From Candidatus Limnocylindria bacterium (GTDB lineage Bacteria > Chloroflexota > Limnocylindria > QHBO01), in contig DASTEQ010000160.1 of the NCBI GenBank assembly GCA_035709505.1, forward strand, positions 1 to 43,132: a stretch of 43,132 bases of DNA, in the 5' to 3' direction. Positions 31,478 to 39,759 of the stretch are shown here, in pieces. Made by a program: the position numbers and the translations under genes. The notes beneath the pieces are model-generated. The model ran no database searches, was not told where the DNA came from, and saw only the letters and a program-made list of their open reading frames with translations. Positions within the stretch are counted from its first letter, which is position 1. The number at the start of each line of letters is the position of its first letter.

Positions 31478-31720
31478 ATGACCACGACAACTGCCAGCAC
31501 GGACGCGATCGTTGACGCTCGCGGCCTGAGCTGCCCGATGCCAATCGTCAAGACCGCAACCCTGTTCCGAACCCTCGAGGCCGGGAAGACCGTCGAAGTC
31601 CTGGCCACCGATCCTGGATCGGTCAAGGACTTCGCCGCCTGGACTCGATCGACCGGCAACGAACTGATTGCCAGCACACAGGAGGGATCGGTCTACCGAT
31701 TCCTCATCCGGAAGAACTGA
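31478..31720 (+). CDS. TusA/SirA-like sulfurtransferase
   Basis: 80 aa. DARGLSCPMPIVKT (CPxP motif). AGGAG lies upstream. Confidence 0.85.
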   Translation: MTTTTASTDAIVDARGLSCPMPIVKTATLFRTLEAGKTVEVLATDPGSVKDFAAWTRSTGNELIASTQEGSVYRFLIRKN

Positions 31721-31730
31721 GGTACTCGCC

Positions 31731-32300
31731 ATGACCACCTTGACAGCGCTCGTGACCGAGCGGCCGTTTGCCGCGCCGGCCGAGCCGCAGCCCGCGGTTC
31801 AGCCCGAGCCGGAATCGAAGGCGGCGACCAAGGACTTCGTGATCATCAACTGGAGCGGCGACCTGGACAAGGTCTGGCCGACGCTCATCCTTTCGTCGAC
31901 GGCCGCTGCCAGTGGCATGGCGGTGAAGGTCTTCGTCACGTACTGGGGGCTCCTCCCCTTCGTGAAGGAGGACCGCCGGATCGTCGGCAAGAACTGGATG
32001 CAGAAGATGCTCACCTTCATGCAGCGGCCCGGGATCAGCCACGTGAAGCTGACGAAGATGAACTTCCTCGGGATGGGCCCCTGGATGATGGGAAAGCTGG
32101 CGAAGGAGAACAACGTGGCCAGCCCCCGTGAGCTGCTCGATGCGGCCCTCGCGCTGGGCGTCGAGTTCATCCCGTGCCAGATGACGATGGACATGTTCGG
32201 CCTGACCCGCGACGACATGATCGAGGGACTCGGTGAGCCGGCCGGTGCCGCCACCGCGATCGAGATCATGACCAACGCGGAAGCGTCGCTGTTCATCTAG
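31731..32300 (+). CDS. DsrE/DsrF-like sulfur-relay family protein (longer paralog)
   Basis: 189 aa from ATG 31731. FVIINWSGDLDKVWPTLILSS...FIPCQMTMDMFGL, the same Cys context as the 31022 gene. Confidence 0.7.
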   Translation: MTTLTALVTERPFAAPAEPQPAVQPEPESKAATKDFVIINWSGDLDKVWPTLILSSTAAASGMAVKVFVTYWGLLPFVKEDRRIVGKNWMQKMLTFMQRPGISHVKLTKMNFLGMGPWMMGKLAKENNVASPRELLDAALALGVEFIPCQMTMDMFGLTRDDMIEGLGEPAGAATAIEIMTNAEASLFI

Positions 32301-32313
32301 GAAGGACAGACCG

Positions 32314-32562
32314 ATGACCACACTGATCGCACCGGCGGTGACCCGCACCATCGACGCTCGCGGCAGCTACTGCCCCGGACCGCTCATGGAGCTGATCCGG
32401 GTCATCCGCGAGTCGCAGGTCGGCGACGTGCTCGCCGTCTACTCCTCGGACGCGGGCAGCAAGACCGATATCCCACTGTGGGTGGACAAGGCCGGCCACC
32501 GGCTGGTTGGGGTCACCCCGCACGAGGGCTACGACGAGATCGTCGTGGAGAAGCTCCGATGA
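32314..32562 (+). CDS. TusA/SirA-like sulfurtransferase (second copy)
   Basis: 82 aa. DARGSYCPGPLMEL (CPxP motif). GGAAGGA lies upstream. Confidence 0.85.
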   Translation: MTTLIAPAVTRTIDARGSYCPGPLMELIRVIRESQVGDVLAVYSSDAGSKTDIPLWVDKAGHRLVGVTPHEGYDEIVVEKLR

Positions 32563-33716
32563 ACCGGATCGTGATCCTGGGCGGGGGCGTTGGCGGCACC
32601 TTGACGGCCAACCTCCTCGCCCGCCGGCTCGGACGCCGGATCAAGCGGGGCGAGGCCACGATTACTGTGGTCGATTGGACCGGCAACCACGTCTACCAGC
32701 CGGGCTTCATGTACATCGCCATGGGCGGCGAGAAGGCCGACCACCTCCAGCGCCCGGAGCGGGCGCTGCTCGACAAGCGGGTGGAGCTCGTCGTGGGAGA
32801 GATCGCCGGCGTGGACGAGCTGGAGCGGACGGTCGCGCTGACCGATGGCCGGTCACTCCGCTACGACTACCTCATCCTGGCCACCGGCTCGAGGATCACG
32901 CCGGACGAGATCCCGCACTACGGCACCGAGGCGCACCACTTCTACAACGCCCCGGCGGCGCTGCGCCTGCGGCATGCACTCGATGACTTTCCCGGGGGAC
33001 GAATCGTGGTCGCCATCGCCGGCATGCCGTACAAGTGCCCACCAGCTCCGCTGGAAGTCGCGCTCCTGATCGAGGCCGAGATGCGCCAGCGTGGCATCCG
33101 GACCCAGACCGAGATCCATTTCTGCTCCCCCATCGGCCGGGCCTTCACCATCGAACCCGTGTCGGAGATGGTGACGCCCATCCTGGCTGAGAAGGGGATC
33201 GAGCTCCACACCTTCTTCAACGTGGAGGCTCTTGATCCGGACCGCAAGGTCGTCCAGTCTCTCGAAGGGGAGGAGCTGCCATATGACCTGCTGATTCTCG
33301 TTCCGCCGCATCACGGCGCGCAGTTCCTCATCGACTCCGGCCTTGCACCGGCGCCCGGAGGCTGGCTGCCAACCGACCGCCACACGCTGCAGGTTGGTGG
33401 CCGACCCAACGTCTTCGCCCTCGGCGACGCCACCGACCTCCCGCTCTCAAAGGCCGGATCGACGGCCCACTTCGAGGCTCCGATCGTGGCCGAGCGGATC
33501 ACGGCATCGGTGAACGGTCGCGGAGCGCGCGTGAAGGAGGGCAACTACGAGGGCAAAGTGATCTGCTTCTTCGAGATCGGAGACGGCAAGGGCACGCTGC
33601 TGAAGTTCGACTACGACCACCCGCCGCAGCCGCCCCGCCCGAACCGGATCTGGCACCTGGGCAAGCTCGTCTTCAACAAGGCCTACTGGCACACCGTGCC
33701 CCAGGGCCGCGTCTAG
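32559..33716 (+). CDS. Sulfide:quinone oxidoreductase-like FAD-dependent oxidoreductase
   Basis: RIVILGGGVGGT dinucleotide fold, YKCPPAPLE and a distal Cys (KVICFFE), VFALGDA. The ATG overlaps the TusA stop (ATGA). Confidence 0.8.
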   Translation: MNRIVILGGGVGGTLTANLLARRLGRRIKRGEATITVVDWTGNHVYQPGFMYIAMGGEKADHLQRPERALLDKRVELVVGEIAGVDELERTVALTDGRSLRYDYLILATGSRITPDEIPHYGTEAHHFYNAPAALRLRHALDDFPGGRIVVAIAGMPYKCPPAPLEVALLIEAEMRQRGIRTQTEIHFCSPIGRAFTIEPVSEMVTPILAEKGIELHTFFNVEALDPDRKVVQSLEGEELPYDLLILVPPHHGAQFLIDSGLAPAPGGWLPTDRHTLQVGGRPNVFALGDATDLPLSKAGSTAHFEAPIVAERITASVNGRGARVKEGNYEGKVICFFEIGDGKGTLLKFDYDHPPQPPRPNRIWHLGKLVFNKAYWHTVPQGRV

Positions 33717-34885
33717 CTCGGAGTCGTCGGAGGCGGTTTCTCGGGCGACTTCGCCCGCGGCTTGGCGGGGGGCTTCGGTGACGCTTTCGCCCGCGGCTTG
33801 GCGGGGGGCTTCGGTGACGCTGTCGCCCGCGGCTTGGCGGGGGCCTTGGGCGGCGGCTCGGAGGCCGGGACGGATGGCAGCGGCGCGGCCTCGGCCGGCG
33901 CGAACCACATGGCCGGTGGCACGCCGTATCGGCCAATGATCAAGGCCGCAGCAGCAACCACGACGCCGAGGATGAGGACCACAGCGAGGGCAGTGACCAG
34001 GTTTCCGAGCATGGCGTCAAGCAGCGCGCCAAGCGTCCCGCGCGCCCCCGCCTCGGCGAGCGCGTTGGCCACGAAGCCGCTGATCGCGGCCGTCGCCCCA
34101 ATCGCGGCGAGCAGCGCGGTCGCCACCCCGATTCCCATGAGAATGACGGCGCGGAGTCGGTCCCGGGCAAGCCAGATCGTGAGTGCCAGCAGGACCGCCG
34201 CGAGGATGGCGCTGGCCACCGCAACGACATCGAAGATCCGGACGAACTGGCGCGCCGCCTCGAGCCGCGCAGGGCGAACAATCGTGATCTGGCCGAAGTC
34301 CTCCGGGAGGTCGACATCCAGGCGCTCCATGAGAAGGGACCGGATCCTCTCCACCGCGGCGCTGTCGGAGCGATCGGGCAGCTCGACGTCCTCGGGGATG
34401 ACGCCCACTTCCTGAAGCCGTTCAATGACGATCACGAGCAGCTGACCGATGCTGATCGTCACCGGCTCGTCGGGAAGGACCGATTCACTGCGCAGGATCT
34501 GGACGAGGATCGTATGCGCCGCCCGGTTGGCCCTGGCCCATCCATCGAGGAAGGCGTCGCTCGCCATGAACCTGGCGACCTGCTCCTCGATCCAATCCTG
34601 CAGCAGCGGCTTGACGATGCGAGGAATCTCGAAGCGATCGACGACGCGCTCGGCCAGGCCGGCGCTCACCTCGGCGACGACCTCGGGATCGGCAGCCACC
34701 CGGCGGACGACTTCGACATACCGGTCGGTGTCCAGCGCGACCTGATGCACCCAGAGCGTCGTCGCGGAAAGGGTGACCGCGATACAGGCGAGGATCCCGA
34801 GGATCCCGACCAGCACGTTCCTGCGGCGAGACGGCGGCGCGGCGGTCACCGGGGCAGGATACGCGCCCGGGGAATCGTCGATCAT
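33713..34885 (-). CDS. Hypothetical membrane protein with C-terminal PAKP-repeat tail
   Basis: ATG 34885 (MIDDSPGAY...). N-terminal TM, a central soluble region, several C-terminal TM segments, then KAPAKPRATASPKPPAKPRAKASPKPPAKPRAKSPEKPP. The upstream part of the 533-aa track ORF is antisense to the GNAT gene. Confidence 0.65.
   Translation of the reverse strand: MIDDSPGAYPAPVTAAPPSRRRNVLVGILGILACIAVTLSATTLWVHQVALDTDRYVEVVRRVAADPEVVAEVSAGLAERVVDRFEIPRIVKPLLQDWIEEQVARFMASDAFLDGWARANRAAHTILVQILRSESVLPDEPVTISIGQLLVIVIERLQEVGVIPEDVELPDRSDSAAVERIRSLLMERLDVDLPEDFGQITIVRPARLEAARQFVRIFDVVAVASAILAAVLLALTIWLARDRLRAVILMGIGVATALLAAIGATAAISGFVANALAEAGARGTLGALLDAMLGNLVTALAVVLILGVVVAAAALIIGRYGVPPAMWFAPAEAAPLPSVPASEPPPKAPAKPRATASPKPPAKPRAKASPKPPAKPRAKSPEKPPPTTPS
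33751..33848. repeat. 36-bp tandem repeat, about 2.7 copies, in-frame within the coding sequence
   Basis: TCGCCCGCGGCTTGGCGGGGGGCTTCGGTGACGCT(T/G) is repeated at 33751, 33787 and, partially, 33823. It encodes a 12-aa KPPAKPRAxASP unit on the minus strand. Confidence 0.85.
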
Positions 34886-34894
34886 CCGTCCCGC

Positions 34895-35449
34895 ATGACG
34901 TCCATTGACATTCCGAAGGTCGAGACGGAGCGCCTGGTGCTGCGCGGGTACCGCGAGACCGATGTCGACGCGCTCGAAGAGCTGGCCGCCGACCCGATCA
35001 TCGCCCCGTTCGTCGGGTATGCCGGTGCCCCGCTGCGCGAGGCGTGCTGGCGATCGATCGCGCTGTGGATCGGCCACTGGGCGCTGCGCGGGTTCGGAAT
35101 GTGGGCGGTGGAGGAGCGGGAAAGCGGCGCGTTCATCGGTCGGATCGGGCTGTGGGAACCGGATGGATGGCCGGGCACCGAGGTTGGCTGGATGCTTGGC
35201 CCCGCATGGTGGGGACGCGGCTACGCGACCGAGGCCGCGCGCGCGTCGATCGGCTGGGGATTCGGAAACCTCGAGGTCGACGAGCTGGTCAGCCTCATCC
35301 ATCCCACCAACCACGCGTCGCAGGCGGTGGCCACGCGGATCGGGCAGACGTACCGCGGCGAGGTCCCGTTCCGGGGCGGGGCCACCGGCCTGTGGGCCAT
35401 CAGCCGGAGCGAATGGGCCTCATCCGGCGACCTCCCGGGCGGCCCCTGA
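34895..35449 (+). CDS. GNAT family N-acetyltransferase (RimJ/RimL-like)
   Basis: ETERLVLRGY...WAVEERESGAFIGRIGL...GRGYATEAARASIGWGF. Confidence 0.85.
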   Translation: MTSIDIPKVETERLVLRGYRETDVDALEELAADPIIAPFVGYAGAPLREACWRSIALWIGHWALRGFGMWAVEERESGAFIGRIGLWEPDGWPGTEVGWMLGPAWWGRGYATEAARASIGWGFGNLEVDELVSLIHPTNHASQAVATRIGQTYRGEVPFRGGATGLWAISRSEWASSGDLPGGP

Positions 35450-36009
35450 TGCCGGTCCCCGACATCCCGACCCTCGAAACAGAGCGGCTCGTCCTGCGAC
35501 CCCTGGTGGAAGACGACGCTGCGGTCCTCTGCGAGCTGCTGCAGGATCCCGACGTCGTCCGATACATCGGGGACGGGACGATCCCGGGCCCCGAGGACTG
35601 CTGGCGCGCAGTCGCCGCGTGGCTCGGGCACTGGATCCTGCGCGGCTACGGGCCGTGGGCCGTCACCGAGCGGGCGAGCGGCACGTTCATGGGGCGGGCC
35701 GGGATCCACTTCCCGTATGGCTGGCCCGGGCCTGAGCTGGCGTATACGCTCGGCAAGCCGTACTGGGGCAAGGGCTACGCGACCGAGGCGGCGCGCGCGG
35801 CTATGGACTGGGCGTTCACCCACCGCGACTTCCTCGCGCTGATGAGCCTCATCTACCCGGAGAACGCGGCCTCCATCCGGGTGGCGACCAAGCTCGGCGA
35901 GACGCTCCAGGGCGATGCCACGCTGCACGGGAAGACCGTCCTGCGCTACGTCATCACTCGCCCGGAATGGGAGGCCATGCGCGAAGGCGTCCCGTTGACG
36001 GGAAGCTAG
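35449..36009 (+). CDS. GNAT family N-acetyltransferase (tandem paralog)
   Basis: ETERLVLRPL...WAVTERASGTFMGRAGI...GKGYATEAARAAMDWAF. The start overlaps the previous stop (TGATG). Confidence 0.85.
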   Translation: MPVPDIPTLETERLVLRPLVEDDAAVLCELLQDPDVVRYIGDGTIPGPEDCWRAVAAWLGHWILRGYGPWAVTERASGTFMGRAGIHFPYGWPGPELAYTLGKPYWGKGYATEAARAAMDWAFTHRDFLALMSLIYPENAASIRVATKLGETLQGDATLHGKTVLRYVITRPEWEAMREGVPLTGS

Positions 36010-36917
36010 CCCGCCAGCGCTTCCAGCACCGGCAGGTCCACCGTGTCGCCGGTGGGGGTCACCGGGATCAGCGCCACGTGGTCCGCACCGTTGGCGAACG
36101 CCTCGCCCAGTCGGGCCCGCAACGCGTCGGGATCGCCCCACGCCACCATCGCGTCGACGAGGCGGTCGCTCCCCGGCCGCTCCCAGTCGGCTGCCTCGAA
36201 CCCCTGTTCGGTCCACGCTGCCTGGTAGTTCGGGGTCCGCAGGTACGGGAGCAGGTAGTGGCGGGCCGCCGAACGGGCAGCCACCGGATCGGTCTCGAGC
36301 ACGACCGGCAGGCTCACCGCCAGCACGGGTCGCTCGGCGGCAGCGACATCGGCCGCGGCGTCGAGCACACCGCGAATCCACGCCAGCCGCTCGGTAGTGA
36401 CCAAGTACGGGAATGCACCGTCGGCGGCGGTGGCAGCCAGCGCGAGCATCCGTTCGCGGAGCGCGGCGAGGATGACGAGCGGCTCAGGCATGCCGGCCGG
36501 CATCGGTCCCTTGTAGATGGCCGAGCGATATGCCTCGAGGTACTCCCGCATGCGGGTCAGTGGCTTTTCGTAGACATGTCCCCGCACCTTCTGGGTCAGA
36601 TGATGGTGCGAGACGCCAAGACCGAGCGTGAACCGCCCGCCGGTTGCCTCCTGCAGGGTGAACGCCGCCATCTTCGCGGCCTGCGCGTCACGGCCCCAGA
36701 TGTTCACCACGCTCGTGCCCAGGCCCATGGACGAGGTCACCCCGGCCAGCAGGCCCGCGAGGGTGAACGGCTCCCGGCCAACGACATCGGGTATCCACAG
36801 CGTCCCGTACCCGAGCTGCTCGACCCGCGCCGCGAACGGCAGCAGCTCCTCGACGGGCAGCACGTCCAGATCCGTCCAGACCCCGACCCGTCCCAGTCCC
36901 CGATCGCCATCCGCCAC
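36006..36917 (-). CDS. LLM-class (luciferase-like) F420-dependent oxidoreductase
   Basis: 303 aa. GVWTDLDVLPVEELLPFAARVEQLGYGTLWIPD...GGRFTLGLGVSH. The GTG start lies 6 nt after TAGCAT. Confidence 0.8.
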   Translation of the reverse strand: MADGDRGLGRVGVWTDLDVLPVEELLPFAARVEQLGYGTLWIPDVVGREPFTLAGLLAGVTSSMGLGTSVVNIWGRDAQAAKMAAFTLQEATGGRFTLGLGVSHHHLTQKVRGHVYEKPLTRMREYLEAYRSAIYKGPMPAGMPEPLVILAALRERMLALAATAADGAFPYLVTTERLAWIRGVLDAAADVAAAERPVLAVSLPVVLETDPVAARSAARHYLLPYLRTPNYQAAWTEQGFEAADWERPGSDRLVDAMVAWGDPDALRARLGEAFANGADHVALIPVTPTGDTVDLPVLEALAG

Positions 36918-36926
36918 AGACCGATG

Positions 36927-37676
36927 CTACCCGCTGCTCGCCGTGCCGAAGCGGTAGCGGAGGAACAGCTCGTCCCCGTGGCGGTGGGCGCTCTCCAGCG
37001 AGGCGGCCCGCGGATTCTGGGTCGGGGGCTCCGGGGCAATCATCGGCAGGCCCTCCCCGCCGAGCAGCCACGGCCCCACCGTCCAGAAGAGCTCGTCGAT
37101 CAGGCCCGCGGCATGGAATCGGGCGTTCACGGTCGGGCCGCCCTCGAGCAGGACGGACCCGATTCCCCGCTCGCGTAACGCCCCGGCCAGCCAGTGCGGC
37201 TCGGGATGAGGAGTCGGCGCGACCAGGACATCGGCCCCGGGGACGTCCGCTGGGCCGTCCTGCCCGACCACCACCAGTCGCGGCTGTTCGGTCGAGAACC
37301 AGCGCCGATCGGTCGAAATCGGTCCGCTGCCACTGATCAGGATGCCCAGCGGCTGCGGCGACCGTCCAGCCGCACGCCGGACGTCGGCAAGGTCGTCGGG
37401 CAGATCGGTCCAACCGTCCACCGCGCGAAGGGTGCCGATGCCGATCGCCACCGCGTCGAACGGCACCCGGAGCAGGCGCATGAGCCGCCGGTCGGCCCGG
37501 TCGCCGATGTCGTCGGCGGTCCCGTCGCGCTGGGCACGACCGTCAAGACTGGTGACCATGTTCAGCCCGATCCACGGCCGCCCCGGCGGCGGCGAGGGGA
37601 GGCGGAGGTCCGCGAACGCGGCATCGAGATCCAGCCCGATCGCGGGGTCGGGCCACAACCGATCGACGACGAACAT
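36927..37676 (-). CDS. RibD C-terminal domain / dihydrofolate reductase family protein
   Basis: 249 aa. NMVTSLDGRA, VLLEGGPTVNARFHAAGLIDELFWTVGP. Confidence 0.8.
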   Translation of the reverse strand: MFVVDRLWPDPAIGLDLDAAFADLRLPSPPPGRPWIGLNMVTSLDGRAQRDGTADDIGDRADRRLMRLLRVPFDAVAIGIGTLRAVDGWTDLPDDLADVRRAAGRSPQPLGILISGSGPISTDRRWFSTEQPRLVVVGQDGPADVPGADVLVAPTPHPEPHWLAGALRERGIGSVLLEGGPTVNARFHAAGLIDELFWTVGPWLLGGEGLPMIAPEPPTQNPRAASLESAHRHGDELFLRYRFGTASSG

Positions 37677-37682
37677 CCCGTC

Positions 37683-38423
37683 ATGCTAGTGGCCGTGCTG
37701 CTGATCGTCCTTCTCCTCGTCGCGATCTTCGCCGGCGGCGTGGCGGCGATCGCGGGATTCGGGATCGGCAGCCTGCTGACCCCCCTGCTGGCCGTCGAGT
37801 TCGGGACCCGGACGGCGGTCCTGCTGGTGGCGATCCCCCATGCCACCGCCACCGCCCTGCGCCTGTGGCTGTTGCGGGCTGACGTCGATCGTCGGGTGCT
37901 GCTGACCTTCGGATCAGCGAGCGCCGTGGGCGGTCTGGTGGGCGCCCTGCTGCTATCGGTCTTCGCCAGCCGGACGATGGGCATCATCCTGGGCGTCCTG
38001 CTCATCTTTTCCGGGCTGGGCGGGCTGACCGGGCTGACCGGTCGGATGCGCATCCCGGCCGGTCCCTGGGCGGTGGCCGCGGGGATGGCGTCGGGCGCAT
38101 TCGGGGGCCTCGTCGGAAACCAGGGCGGGATCCGGGCGGCCGCGCTCCTGCACTTCGGTCTCTCGCCGGCGGCGACGGTGGCCACCGCCACCGGGATTGC
38201 CCTCGCGGTCGACGCGGCGCGGCTCCCGATTTACCTCGCCGTCGGCGGTGCCGAGATCGCCGCCAACTGGCCGTACGTCGCGGTTGGTGTGGTCGGGGTG
38301 GTGCTGGGGACGCTCCTGGCGACACCGATCCTTCGCCGCCTGCCGGAGGACACGTTCCGGCGCTTCGTCTTCGTCCTGATCACGGTCCTCGGCGTGCTGC
38401 TGATCGTGGTGCCCGGCGGCTAG
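37683..38423 (+). CDS. TauE/SafE family sulfite/anion exporter
   Basis: 246 aa from ATG 37683. GGVAAIAGFGIGSLLTPLL and GAFGGLVGNQGGIRAAALL internal duplication, about 7-8 TM segments. Confidence 0.85.
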   Translation: MLVAVLLIVLLLVAIFAGGVAAIAGFGIGSLLTPLLAVEFGTRTAVLLVAIPHATATALRLWLLRADVDRRVLLTFGSASAVGGLVGALLLSVFASRTMGIILGVLLIFSGLGGLTGLTGRMRIPAGPWAVAAGMASGAFGGLVGNQGGIRAAALLHFGLSPAATVATATGIALAVDAARLPIYLAVGGAEIAANWPYVAVGVVGVVLGTLLATPILRRLPEDTFRRFVFVLITVLGVLLIVVPGG

Positions 38424-38674
38424 TCGAAGATGCGCTCCAGGTGCCAGGTGCCGCGGATCTCGTCGAGGAAGACGGTGCACAGCAGCCCGTCGCGGGTGAC
38501 GAGCTTGAAGTAGGCGCGGGCCACCGGCTCGCGCCACCAGTCGTCGACCAGGCGCCAGCGATTGCAGATCCCGATCTCGGCGTGGGTCTCGCCAGCCAGC
38601 CGGAGGCGGACCGGGGTCCCGGCCTCGTCGGTGTCGACCTGGACCAGGGGATGGGTGGCGTGCAGGCGGGTCAT
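38420..38674 (-). CDS. ImuB C-terminal-domain-like small protein (DUF6504-like)
   Basis: 84 aa from ATG 38674, which overlaps the imuB stop (ATGA). RWRLVDDWWREPVARAYFKLVTRDGLLCTVFLDEIRGTWHLERIFD resembles the C-terminal module normally fused to ImuB. Confidence 0.6.
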   Translation of the reverse strand: MTRLHATHPLVQVDTDEAGTPVRLRLAGETHAEIGICNRWRLVDDWWREPVARAYFKLVTRDGLLCTVFLDEIRGTWHLERIFD

Positions 38675-39741
38675 GGATGCGTGCCGGCCTCGTGACCGAT
38701 CTCGACCAGCCGTGCCTGCCGCTCGGGGAGCGCCGCCGTGGGCCGGTCGACCACCACCCGCCACAGGCGACCCTCGCCGAAGCGAGCGCCGATCCGCTCC
38801 ACCGACCAGCGAAGCTCCTCCCATCGCCCGGCCTGGGGCTCGAAGGCGGGGAGCTGGCGGGCAGCGGGGTTGGTGAGGCGGTCGAGGGTGAGGGTCAGGC
38901 CCGTGATCCGTGCCTCGTCCTCGCCACCGGCACTTCCCCGGACCTGGGCCTCTAAACGGGCCAGTAACAGCCGGGTAATCCAGTCCGGGTCGGTGCTGGG
39001 CTCGGGGAGCGCCAGGTGGACGCTGAGGGGCGAGGCCGCTTCCCGCTCCAGGCTGAGGACTGCCCGCCCCGGGGCGAGATGACGGCCACCGAGCCGGTCG
39101 GTCAGGGCGGTCGCCGCGCGTCGCAGGGCGAGGGTGATCTCGGTCACGCCCTCCGCCGGCGGCTCGAATCGGGCCGAGGTGGCCAGCCGCTCCGGCCGGC
39201 GGCGCGGAACGAGCGGCCGCGGGTCCTCCCCCCGCGCGAGCGCCTGGAGCCGCTCTCCCGCCTCCCCGAACTGGGCGGCCACCGCCGACCGCGGCAGCCC
39301 GGCCAGCTGGCCCATCGTGGTCAGCCCGAACAGGCTGAACCGATCCCTCACCGCCTGGTCCGTCGGCAACAGCCCGATGGGCATCGGGGCGAGCGTCGCT
39401 CTCCCCTCACCGGCGGGCAGGATCAGGCACGCGGCCCGGGCCTCGGCTCCGTTGCCGATTTCTCCGGGTCGGGCCAGCCGAACGGCGAGCGACGCCAGCC
39501 ACCGGTTGTCACCGATCCCGACCCGCACCGGGTACATCCCGGCCAGGGCCACTGCCCGTGCCGCAACCCGCCGCTCCGAGCCGTGGATCGGCTCGAGCCC
39601 GGTCACGTCGACGAGCGCCACGCCCTCTTCGAGCGCCTCGATCCGCGGGGAGAGGTCATCCAGCCGATCGAGCAGCCCCTCCCACTGGGTCGGGACGTCC
39701 ATGGCTCGCAGGGTGGGCCATACCAGCATCAGGACCCGCAT
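38671..39741 (-). CDS. imuB: ImuB-like Y-family DNA polymerase homolog (short form)
   Basis: 356 aa. VALVDVTGLEPIHG, IGIGDNRWLASLA, LFGLTTMGQLAGLPRSAVAAQFG. It lies directly downstream of imuA'. Confidence 0.8.
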   Translation of the reverse strand: MRVLMLVWPTLRAMDVPTQWEGLLDRLDDLSPRIEALEEGVALVDVTGLEPIHGSERRVAARAVALAGMYPVRVGIGDNRWLASLAVRLARPGEIGNGAEARAACLILPAGEGRATLAPMPIGLLPTDQAVRDRFSLFGLTTMGQLAGLPRSAVAAQFGEAGERLQALARGEDPRPLVPRRRPERLATSARFEPPAEGVTEITLALRRAATALTDRLGGRHLAPGRAVLSLEREAASPLSVHLALPEPSTDPDWITRLLLARLEAQVRGSAGGEDEARITGLTLTLDRLTNPAARQLPAFEPQAGRWEELRWSVERIGARFGEGRLWRVVVDRPTAALPERQARLVEIGHEAGTHP

Positions 39742-39759
39742 CGGTATGCCCGTGAACCG

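Noticed and set aside
28248-38419. The interval between dnaE2 and imuAB as a mobile genomic island.
   Set aside because: I see no integrase, transposase, tRNA target, flanking direct repeats or obvious compositional shift. I kept only a low-interest synteny note.
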